From IMG/VR virus record IMGVR_UViG_3300044843_000700, positions 1 to 64,000 of that record: DNA of 64,000 nt. One strand, given 5' to 3'. The notes under the pieces were generated by a model. That model was not told the DNA's origin, ran no database searches, and worked only from the letters and a program-made list of their open reading frames with translations. This DNA is from a virus (taxonomy: Duplodnaviria; Heunggongvirae; Uroviricota; Caudoviricetes). The position numbers and the translations under genes are program-made. This document shows, piece by piece, positions 44,499 through 52,485 of this stretch. The number at the start of each line of letters is the position of its first letter. The first letter of the stretch is position 1.

Positions 44499-45770
44499 AT
44501 GCCAGATAATAACGAGAACGGTACAACAACCGTAACAACCGTGGATGTCGACATTAACGACATCTTAGGTACACCAGGAGCCGAGCAAGTAATGTTGCCT
44601 GGCAACGATGGAAAGAAGCCGGTTGAAAAACCAAGCATCTTTACAGCGAAACCTGTAGACATGTCGTTCCTTGACAATGATGATGACGATGATCAAGGCG
44701 GGACCGGAGGTAATGATGACCCAGATCCTGATAAAGGAGATCCTGAAAAGGACAAGGGTAATCCCAATCCGAATCCCGACATTGACCTGAGCGATCTTGA
44801 TAATCCGGAAGGAGATAAAGGAGGTCGTCCTAAGATGGATAAGAATGCTATGATCGAGCTTACAAAACAGCTCATCGAAAGCAAACAGCTTATCCCTTTT
44901 GATGATGACAAGCCGATCGAGAAGTACACTGTGCAAGACTTTAAAGAGCTCTTCGAAGCCAACATGACTGAAAAAGAACGTAAGCTCCGCGAAGAAGTGC
45001 CATTGGAATTCTTCGATAACCTTCCTGAAGAGCTTCAAGTAGCTGCTAAGTATTATGCAGATGGTGGAACAGATTTCAAAACCTTGTTCCGTACATTGGC
45101 CCAGGTAGAAGAAGTACGCCAGTTGGATCCTCAACGTGAGAACGATCAGGAACAGATTGTACGTGCTTACCTTCACGCAACCCAGTTTGGTACCTCTGAA
45201 GAAATTGAAGAGGAGATTAACAGCTGGAAAGACCGTGATGAACTAGGAGCAAAAGCTCAAAAGTTCAAGCCAAAGTTGGATGCAATGCAACAACAAATTG
45301 TAGGCCGCCAGCTACAACAGCAAGAAAATCTGCGTAAGCAACAACAGCAGCAAGCAAAGATGTACATGGATAACGTGTACAAAGTACTTGAACCAGGCGA
45401 ATTGAACGGCCTGAAGCTCGACAAAAAGACCCAAAGCATGTTATATGCCGGTCTAGTTCAACCAAACTACCCTTCGATCTCGGGTAGACCTACCAATCTC
45501 CTTGGACATCTTCTAGAGAAACATCAGTATGTAGAACCTAACCATGCGTTAATCGCAGAGGCTCTATGGCTGTTGTCTGATCCAGAAGGTTACCGTAATA
45601 AGGTAAGAGAGAATGGTAAAAAAGATGCGACTGAGAAAGCAGTACGAATGCTGAAATCAGAAGAGGCTAAGAAAGCCGGTTCTTCTGTAGTGTCAGATGA
45701 TGACGATGAAACAGCAAAGCGTGCAGGACAGAAGCTTCAGAGACCGAGCCAAAACTTTTTCAAGCGATAA
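44499..45770 (+). CDS. scaffolding-like acidic coiled-coil protein
   Basis: N-terminal poly-Asp/Gly/Pro low complexity, Gln-rich coiled coil; between portal and capsid candidates; promoter motif at 44450. Confidence 0.35.
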   Translation: MPDNNENGTTTVTTVDVDINDILGTPGAEQVMLPGNDGKKPVEKPSIFTAKPVDMSFLDNDDDDDQGGTGGNDDPDPDKGDPEKDKGNPNPNPDIDLSDLDNPEGDKGGRPKMDKNAMIELTKQLIESKQLIPFDDDKPIEKYTVQDFKELFEANMTEKERKLREEVPLEFFDNLPEELQVAAKYYADGGTDFKTLFRTLAQVEEVRQLDPQRENDQEQIVRAYLHATQFGTSEEIEEEINSWKDRDELGAKAQKFKPKLDAMQQQIVGRQLQQQENLRKQQQQQAKMYMDNVYKVLEPGELNGLKLDKKTQSMLYAGLVQPNYPSISGRPTNLLGHLLEKHQYVEPNHALIAEALWLLSDPEGYRNKVRENGKKDATEKAVRMLKSEEAKKAGSSVVSDDDDETAKRAGQKLQRPSQNFFKR

Positions 45771-45799
45771 CCATAAATAACAATCAAATCTAATCACAC

Positions 45800-47425
45800 A
45801 TGAGCACTCCAGTTTTAAACAATGGTCTCTTCTTACGTGACACGAACTACCAGGCTAGTTCTCACGTAGACAGCTACCACTTGGTGAACATGCTGAAAGA
45901 TGCAGAGCCTATGGACCTTGGTCCGGTGGACATCTGGGCTATGACCCAGAAGGTAGAAATGCCTCTGTACCAGCTGTCATCTTTTGGTGGTAAAAACATC
46001 ATCATGGTTGACAATGCCCGCGGTGAGTACAAATGGCAAACTCCGGTAAGCCAGGATCTTCCGTACATCATCGAAGACATTGAGCCGAACAACGCCCAAA
46101 AAGGTATTGACGGTACAACCTTCAAAATCAAAATCAACCGTCGTGAGTTTGGTCACGGTGATATTATCACCTACGACAAGTACAACGGTTGTGAAATGTA
46201 CATCACTGCTGATGACATCCTTCCTTTGGGAGACGGTTTTGTCTACACAGTTCAGTTGGTGAACAATGACAACTACAAGTTCCTTGACAACAAGTACCTT
46301 GCAAACGGTACTAAGATTTTCCGCAAAGGTTCTGCCCGCGGAGAATACGGGGAGCGTTTCTCTGACATCACAACCCGTGCAGGGTTCCGTGAGTTCTACA
46401 ACTTCGTAGGAGGTTCTGAAGCTCACGTTCACTACAGCGTTTCTAGCCGCGCAGACCTTATGGCTCGTGGTGGTATGAAGGCTGATGGTACAGTTCCGGT
46501 AACTGAGATCTGGCGTAACTTCGACAAGAGCCTAGATCCATCAATTGCGACCATTGAACAAATGGCTTCTAAGATGGGTAAAGACTACGTGAAGCGTGCC
46601 ATGGCTAATGGTACCTTGACTCGTACATTCCTTACTACGATGGAAGCTGCCCACCTTACCAAGATTGCCACTGACATCGAAACCTACTTGATGTGGGGTC
46701 ATGGTGGTCGCGTTAAGCAAGACGGTCCGGATGATATCCGTATGTCTGTGGGTCTTTGGAAACAGCTGGACAACTCGTTCAAGCGTGTGTACAACAAGAG
46801 CTCGTTCAACCTTGAGTTGTTCCGTGCTGAGCTGTACAACTTCTACGCTGGTCGTGTGGAGTTCCAGGGTCCAGATCCTAAGCGTCAGCTTATTGTTCAA
46901 ACTGGTATGGGTGGTATGCGTCTTGTTAACGAGGCCATCAAGAAAGAAGCAGCTAACTCCGGTCTTGTTATCCAAGCTGCTCAAAACAACGGTATCGGAG
47001 CTATCTCAGGTCAAGGTATGGATCTTGGTTTCGGATTTGCTTACACCAGCTACGTAATTCCGTTCCTTGCGAACGTGAAGTTCGTGCTGAACCCAGCATT
47101 CGACAACCTTCATACTAACGACATCGAGAACCCGATCATCGATGGTAACCCGCTGTCTTCTTACAGCTTTGTTATCTTCGATATCACTGACACTGGAAAC
47201 GACAACATCTTCATGTTGAAGCTTGCTTGGGATAACCAGTTGAAGTGGTGGTATCAAAACGGAACCATGGACTACATGGGACGTACTCAAGGATTCCAGT
47301 CTTCTGGACAATTCAACGGGTACCGTGTATACATGACCCAAACGATGCCGGCAATCTGGGTAAAAGACCCAACCAAGGTGTTGAAAATCGTGATGAGAAA
47401 CCCAATTACGGGTGGATCATTCTAA
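45800..47425 (+). CDS. major capsid protein candidate
   Basis: 541 aa, follows scaffold-like gene, leader CTAATCACACATG identical to that of 50282, strong hairpin terminator after stop. Confidence 0.4.
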   Translation: MSTPVLNNGLFLRDTNYQASSHVDSYHLVNMLKDAEPMDLGPVDIWAMTQKVEMPLYQLSSFGGKNIIMVDNARGEYKWQTPVSQDLPYIIEDIEPNNAQKGIDGTTFKIKINRREFGHGDIITYDKYNGCEMYITADDILPLGDGFVYTVQLVNNDNYKFLDNKYLANGTKIFRKGSARGEYGERFSDITTRAGFREFYNFVGGSEAHVHYSVSSRADLMARGGMKADGTVPVTEIWRNFDKSLDPSIATIEQMASKMGKDYVKRAMANGTLTRTFLTTMEAAHLTKIATDIETYLMWGHGGRVKQDGPDDIRMSVGLWKQLDNSFKRVYNKSSFNLELFRAELYNFYAGRVEFQGPDPKRQLIVQTGMGGMRLVNEAIKKEAANSGLVIQAAQNNGIGAISGQGMDLGFGFAYTSYVIPFLANVKFVLNPAFDNLHTNDIENPIIDGNPLSSYSFVIFDITDTGNDNIFMLKLAWDNQLKWWYQNGTMDYMGRTQGFQSSGQFNGYRVYMTQTMPAIWVKDPTKVLKIVMRNPITGGSF

Positions 47426-47435
47426 TACCCGCGCC

Positions 47436-47463
47436 GAGAGAGGGGTTTTTGAATCCCTCTCTC
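47436..47463 (+). terminator. hairpin terminator/attenuator after capsid candidate
   Basis: gagagagggg-tttttgaat-ccctctctc perfect stem 11 nt after stop codon. Confidence 0.5.
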
Positions 47464-47475
47464 AATGGTGCACAT

Positions 47476-47528
47476 GCCTAGATGGTTACTTGAAATAGAG
47501 TCGCGATAGGTTCGATCCTGATCTAGGC
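47476..47528 (+). other. tRNA-like mini-helix (8-bp stem enclosing T-loop-like GGTTCGATCC)
   Basis: GCCTAGAT ... ATCTAGGC perfect stem with internal AGGTTCGATCCT; too short (53 nt) for a tRNA. Confidence 0.3.
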
Positions 47529-47559
47529 GCAATGTCACACAAACCAACAAAACCAACGT

Positions 47560-48576
47560 ATGAGTAAGATTACTATGACAGAAGTTCCTACGGTCTCAGA
47601 CCAAGGGAAGATCGCAATTAGACCGTTCTTTGACCCGAATGTGGAAAACCTAGGCCTTCAGAATTACCAGATGGTAGTTTACGAAGGAGTTTTTCATGAG
47701 GAACAACTCGCCTGTATCGAGATGAATGGTACTAAGCGCTACATCACCGGATTGAATCCTTTCGCTCCTGATGTGAAAGTCCTTCCTCAGGAAGAACGTG
47801 AAGCTCGTATCAACGAGATAAACAGAAAGGTTGCCCAACTTGAGGCTGAGCTTAATGCCAATATCCTTGATCCTAAGGATCCGGATTTCTGGAATAAGGT
47901 GAAGCTGCTTCGTCCAGATAACTATGATTTCTGGGAGAAGATTACAATCCGCTGCGGTAATCAACCGGTTCCTCTTGATCCGGAACATAACCCTTGGGAT
48001 ATGATCAAGGTGTGCGCTATCGAAGCTGGAGGATTTTCAATTGTAGCTAAAAGCTACGAGGATGCCCGAAGCAGAGCTGTTGCTCCTAAGTTTTACCTGG
48101 ATAAGGATATCCATACTGTGGCTACCAAGACTGAAGTTAAGAAACTTCGCAACAAGGCCCTTTCAGAACTTGAGAAGATGTTCAAGAACAATCAGAACAA
48201 GCTTATGTATGTGGCTAAGGTGGTTGATGGAAACAGCGTTCAGTACAAGAAGTCTACTCCAAATGATGTGATCTATGACAACATGGATCGATTCATCACA
48301 GGAGAAGGTGTTGAGAAAAACTTGCGTAGAGCGGCCGAACAATTCTTGGCAGCTGCGGAACTTGACATCGAGACTTTAAAGCTGAAAGCTCTTATCCGAG
48401 ATGCAAGCTTCTACAAGTTGATTGCTCCTAAATCTGATGGTATGATTTATCACATGAATACCATGAGTATGATGGGTCGCAATTCACACGAATGCTTGGA
48501 GTACCTGAAGAATCCTATGAATGATAAGGTTCTTGCAGAACTCTTAAGTGTAGTAGAGGCCTACTGGAAGAAATAA
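47560..48576 (+). CDS. hypothetical structural protein
   Basis: 338-aa ORF preceded by AACCAACA leader. Confidence 0.45.
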   Translation: MSKITMTEVPTVSDQGKIAIRPFFDPNVENLGLQNYQMVVYEGVFHEEQLACIEMNGTKRYITGLNPFAPDVKVLPQEEREARINEINRKVAQLEAELNANILDPKDPDFWNKVKLLRPDNYDFWEKITIRCGNQPVPLDPEHNPWDMIKVCAIEAGGFSIVAKSYEDARSRAVAPKFYLDKDIHTVATKTEVKKLRNKALSELEKMFKNNQNKLMYVAKVVDGNSVQYKKSTPNDVIYDNMDRFITGEGVEKNLRRAAEQFLAAAELDIETLKLKALIRDASFYKLIAPKSDGMIYHMNTMSMMGRNSHECLEYLKNPMNDKVLAELLSVVEAYWKK

Positions 48577-48592
48577 CATAAAACACGATACC

Positions 48593-48757
48593 ATGGCTGG
48601 AAATATGAAGAACAGCAATAAGTGTCCAGAGGTTGTACAAAACCCGACACGCTACAAAGGAGGAATGAACAAAGCTCCTGAAGTTGTACAAAATCCAACG
48701 CGCTACACCGGTGGCTTAAACAAAGCTGCTTGCGATGTGCCAAAGAAAAACAAGTAA
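48593..48757 (+). CDS. small protein with tandem 17-aa repeat (not in ORF track)
   Basis: MAGNMKNSNKC-PEVVQNPTRYKGGMNKA-PEVVQNPTRYTGGLNKA-ACDVPKKNK; 54 aa, below track cutoff. Confidence 0.3.
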   Translation: MAGNMKNSNKCPEVVQNPTRYKGGMNKAPEVVQNPTRYTGGLNKAACDVPKKNK

Positions 48758-48776
48758 CCACTAAAACCAACATATC

Positions 48777-48953
48777 ATGGGAACAAAAAAGAAGATGGCC
48801 ATGGGCGGTGAAAAACCTGCCTCAAAATCCACAACAAAAACAGAAACTCGTGCGGACGAAAAACGCGCTGCAGCTTCTATGGGAAAACGTAAAACTGGAG
48901 GATCTGCTGCTCCAGTGTCTTACAAAAAAGGCGGATCTACCAAGAAAAAGTAA
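48777..48953 (+). CDS. small highly basic protein (not in ORF track)
   Basis: MGTKKKMAMGGEKPASKSTTKTETRADEKRAASMGKRKTGGSAAPVSYKKGGSTKKK; AACCAACAT leader; track ORF 48730..48969 in another frame is probably spurious. Confidence 0.3.
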   Translation: MGTKKKMAMGGEKPASKSTTKTETRADEKRAAASMGKRKTGGSAAPVSYKKGGSTKKK

Positions 48954-48961
48954 TCTGAAGG

Positions 48962-49666
48962 ATGGATAACAACACCATATTCCTAAAGGTTAAGCAACGT
49001 CTTAACAAACTTGCCAGCAACGATTATGATAATATCGAATGCTGGCAAGTTGTTGAGGCTTTTAACAAAGGCCAAGTAGAGTGGTGTCGTAGAAACCTTC
49101 ATGGTACTAACATTAAGCAAGAGGGAGACGAACAATCTAAAAGAAGGATTGATGATCTTCAGAGACTACTGAAGCCTCTTCCTTTAGTGATGACAGATCG
49201 TCAACTCTTTTATGAATCTCCTGCTCTTCCCGGAGATTACATGGAGTGGAAAAGGATCTCAGCTCAAGCTGTAAATCCTTGCTGCGATAAGCCTCGCCGA
49301 ATAATCATCTACCTCGCCGAAGAAGCAAACGTAGATGAGTTACTTCGAGATAAGAACAAGCAGCCTAGTTACGAATGGGGAGAGACTTTTTGTACACTCA
49401 TTGATAACAAGATCCGCATCTATACTGATGGTAAATTTGCGGTAGCGAATACTGAGTTGTACTATTACCGTCAACCAGTGAGAATCCAGATGCTAAATTG
49501 CGTGGATCCTTATACTCAACAGACAAGTACTGTAGATATTCCATGTGAGTTTAAAGACGACATGGTAGAGGTATTCATCGATGAAGCCGTTAAGATTATC
49601 GCCGGAGATATCGAATCGTTGAACCAGATGCAAAGAGCATCTCAATCTGTAGAACAGAATAACTAA
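48962..49666 (+). CDS. hypothetical structural protein
   Basis: 234-aa ORF. Confidence 0.45.
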   Translation: MDNNTIFLKVKQRLNKLASNDYDNIECWQVVEAFNKGQVEWCRRNLHGTNIKQEGDEQSKRRIDDLQRLLKPLPLVMTDRQLFYESPALPGDYMEWKRISAQAVNPCCDKPRRIIIYLAEEANVDELLRDKNKQPSYEWGETFCTLIDNKIRIYTDGKFAVANTELYYYRQPVRIQMLNCVDPYTQQTSTVDIPCEFKDDMVEVFIDEAVKIIAGDIESLNQMQRASQSVEQNN

Positions 49667-50199
49667 TGGAAGCACTAAAGCGCCCTGTACGTAAATCTCG
49701 TAACCCGCTTTTAAGCGAGGCGAGTGAGAAACTTCTCAACTTTCGAATAGAGCAAGAGGAAGCTTCTGCTCGTTTATACTTGGCAATGTCTATGTGCCTG
49801 AATAATGAGGGTTATACCGGTGCTGCTAAGTTGTGGAAAAAATATTCTGACGAGGAAATGGCTCATGCTGACTGGGCCCGTAATTATCTTCTGGCTATGG
49901 GTGTAACACCGGCAACCCCTATGTTACAGAAGCCGAAGACAGAATTTCCAGGATGCTTGGCTGAAATTATCAAAGACAGCTTTGAGCATGAGATCATTGT
50001 TACCAAGCAGATAAAAGCTTTGGCAGCTGACGCTTTCAAGCAAGCAGATCACATGTTGTATGAATTAGCTCTTTCTTACCTGAAAGAACAGGTAGAGGAG
50101 CATGACAAAACCCAAACTTGGCTCGATAAGCTTATGACTTTCGGATCTGATCCGTTGGCTTTACGCTTACTTGATAACGAGATGGGAGAAGGATTGTAA
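49666..50199 (+). CDS. ferritin-like four-helix-bundle (diiron-carboxylate-type) protein
   Basis: Spaced E / ExxH pattern: EQEEASARLY, DEEMAHADW, FEHEIIV, EQVEEHDK. Confidence 0.5.
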   Translation: MEALKRPVRKSRNPLLSEASEKLLNFRIEQEEASARLYLAMSMCLNNEGYTGAAKLWKKYSDEEMAHADWARNYLLAMGVTPATPMLQKPKTEFPGCLAEIIKDSFEHEIIVTKQIKALAADAFKQADHMLYELALSYLKEQVEEHDKTQTWLDKLMTFGSDPLALRLLDNEMGEGL

Positions 50200-50281
50200 A
50201 AAAATCTGCAGGGTCTTGCACAAGTGACAAGATTTTGCTATATTATAGTAGTTTGTTTGTAACCTTAAAACCTAATCACAC

Positions 50282-51613
50282 ATGGCGTATTTTAATCATG
50301 CCTTTACCAAGCGCTTCTTAGGAACGCAGGTAACCGGAGCTGGGGCCGGTCAAAACCCAAACGTCAACATGACTAATGGTTTTATCACAGTAGCAGGGAT
50401 TCCATCTTCTGCACTTGGTAACACTGTTGGTGCGGCCAACACGATTTATGGACCAGGATCCTATGGATTCTTTGATCCTAAGACGTATCAGTCTGTTGAT
50501 TTGACCTTCGCGTCAAACAATGCTTGTTGCCCTCTTGTTCTTGCTTCAGGTTCCCTGTTGGCAAATGACAAGATCGGACCTTTCCACGGTGGCTACAAAG
50601 AGTCCAACAAGTCGAAAATCATCAACCCTAAGTACATCAGTAAGGCGTACGTAGTGGAAGAGTGTGCTCCTCAGCAGTCTGTGACTTCTATCGGAAACAC
50701 TCCGTACACTCAAACTCTTTCTCCAGCAGATCCTCTTTGCTGCAAAGAGTTCCTTTGTGACGAGACTTACTACCTTCGCATTGACGTGAAGGGATCTCCA
50801 GCTCTGCGTTACCTGAATCACCAGGCTTACCAGACTGTGATGGCGTACACCGGATGCTGTACAGGTCCTACACCTACACCGGTTGATTCAACTTTAGTAA
50901 TGATCCAGTGGGCTCAAGCTATCGTTGAAAACCAGTACTTGACTCCATTCTTGTTCCCAATCGTTTATGACGAAGCTGGAACAGCATGGTTCCCACCAAA
51001 CAGTACTGTTGACCCACAAGGTAACGCTATTACACCTGCACAATGGTGGAGTGCATATGTGTCTCCAGGACACACTGCAAATGCATGTGCTGGTCTTCGT
51101 CTTTTCGGAGCTTACGTAGAAACAAAGTTTGGAAACTGCTCTTTCCAACTGACTGACTTCTTCGAAAAAGAGCCAGTGTTGATCTACGCATCTCTTGTAG
51201 ATTACAACGGAGATCCTTGCGTGTTCGAAGGTCTTTGCGTATACCAAGAGTGTCGCGGTCTTCAGGGAATGGGCTTCGGAGAGCAAGTTGTTCGCGACTT
51301 GATTCTTTCTGAGTCTTACCTGCAAAACTTCTTCGCGACTGATATTCGTATCCGTGAAATCACCCAAGGTGACCAGATCTTGAACTCTGTAAACCGTAAC
51401 GCGCTTTACACTCGTTACTTCATCCTTCACAATGTTCCTCGTTTGAACAACCCAACAGGTGTGTTCGATAACGACCAGTACATGTTGGAGATTATCTCAA
51501 CCGGCCGTAACGCTGCTCTTGAGACATTCCTTACAACATGGCTCGGAAACTGTGCGAACTGTGTGACATTGGATGTGTATGATTGCACACCATGTAACGT
51601 AGTTCCTATCTAA
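50282..51613 (+). CDS. major structural protein candidate (second abundant virion protein)
   Basis: 443 aa, promoter motif at 50233, same CTAATCACACATG leader as 45800, strong terminator 51637-51672. Confidence 0.45.
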   Translation: MAYFNHAFTKRFLGTQVTGAGAGQNPNVNMTNGFITVAGIPSSALGNTVGAANTIYGPGSYGFFDPKTYQSVDLTFASNNACCPLVLASGSLLANDKIGPFHGGYKESNKSKIINPKYISKAYVVEECAPQQSVTSIGNTPYTQTLSPADPLCCKEFLCDETYYLRIDVKGSPALRYLNHQAYQTVMAYTGCCTGPTPTPVDSTLVMIQWAQAIVENQYLTPFLFPIVYDEAGTAWFPPNSTVDPQGNAITPAQWWSAYVSPGHTANACAGLRLFGAYVETKFGNCSFQLTDFFEKEPVLIYASLVDYNGDPCVFEGLCVYQECRGLQGMGFGEQVVRDLILSESYLQNFFATDIRIREITQGDQILNSVNRNALYTRYFILHNVPRLNNPTGVFDNDQYMLEIISTGRNAALETFLTTWLGNCANCVTLDVYDCTPCNVVPI

Positions 51614-51636
51614 GGAGCATCTTACCTCAAAAATAC

Positions 51637-51672
51637 GGGAGAGTGAGAGTTTATCTCTCCTCTCCCTTTTTT
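51637..51672 (+). terminator. rho-independent terminator
   Basis: gggagagtgagag-tttat-ctctcctctccc then TTTTTT. Confidence 0.6.
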
Positions 51673-51699
51673 GTTTATTAACGTCTACAATAGATAATA

Positions 51700-52251
51700 A
51701 TGGCACAACACTCCTTAAGTCTTGAAGCACCGGATACAATGAATAAGTGTATCCTCCGTATTGTAGACACAAGCGTTTACAACGGTCAGGTGCAAGTTGC
51801 GTGTCCTGTTCTTCAGGTCACTTTACCAGGCTTTAACCGACCCGTGACTTTTGATGAATCAATTATCCAACCGGGATTCATCGTAAATTTGACAGCATGT
51901 GATCTAGAGATTCAGACTGCTCAGTGTGGTACTGTCTTCAGTGATCTTCCGGATGGAATATACATCATCAAATACAGTGTATCACCAAATGATCTCGTTT
52001 ACGTAGAGTATAATCATCTTCGCATGACTAAGGCTATGTGGAGATATTACAATATTCTTTGTGATTTGGATGTAGCTGCATGCGATCCTCCAGCTGAGAA
52101 AAAAGAAAAGCTTAAGCAGCTGAACATGATTCGTATGTATCTTGATGCTGCAAAGGCGCAGGTTGAGTTTTGTCACCAGCCTCAAAAAGGTATGGAGCTC
52201 TTTAACTATGCAGTAAAGCTCCTTGATAAGATGACTTGTAAATCATGCTAG
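51700..52251 (+). CDS. hypothetical protein
   Basis: 183-aa ORF. Confidence 0.4.
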   Translation: MAQHSLSLEAPDTMNKCILRIVDTSVYNGQVQVACPVLQVTLPGFNRPVTFDESIIQPGFIVNLTACDLEIQTAQCGTVFSDLPDGIYIIKYSVSPNDLVYVEYNHLRMTKAMWRYYNILCDLDVAACDPPAEKKEKLKQLNMIRMYLDAAKAQVEFCHQPQKGMELFNYAVKLLDKMTCKSC

Positions 52252-52269
52252 TAACCAACAAACCAACAT

Positions 52270-52485
52270 ATGACTTGTCCTAATTGTAATGCTACATTAT
52301 CTTGCGGGTGTCAATCTCGCAGAGCCTCAGATGGTAAAACCGTTTGCTCAAACTGTCTTGCTTCTTATGAGGCCAAGATTGGTAAAACTGCACCATCTAC
52401 TACGCCGGTTCAAGCTCCAAAACAACAGGTAGCTCCCAGCAATGTTTCCGTGAAATATATTCCACCTCATAATCGCTTACCTTAA
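52270..52485 (+). CDS. small Cys-rich protein
   Basis: MTCPNCNATLSCGCQSRRASDGKTVCSNC; AACCAACA leader. Confidence 0.35.
   Translation: MTCPNCNATLSCGCQSRRASDGKTVCSNCLASYEAKIGKTAPSTTPVQAPKQQVAPSNVSVKYIPPHNRLP

Noticed and set aside
44565-47341. Minus-strand ORFs antisense to the scaffold and capsid genes (44565..45176, 45977..46432, 46541..46984, 47006..47341)
   Set aside because: Opposite to a uniformly plus-strand structural module; repetitive low-complexity translations; overlap well-supported genes
48730-48969. Track ORF 48730..48969 (79 aa)
   Set aside because: Overlaps two better-supported small ORFs in other frames that carry the characteristic A/C-rich leaders; lacks such a leader itself
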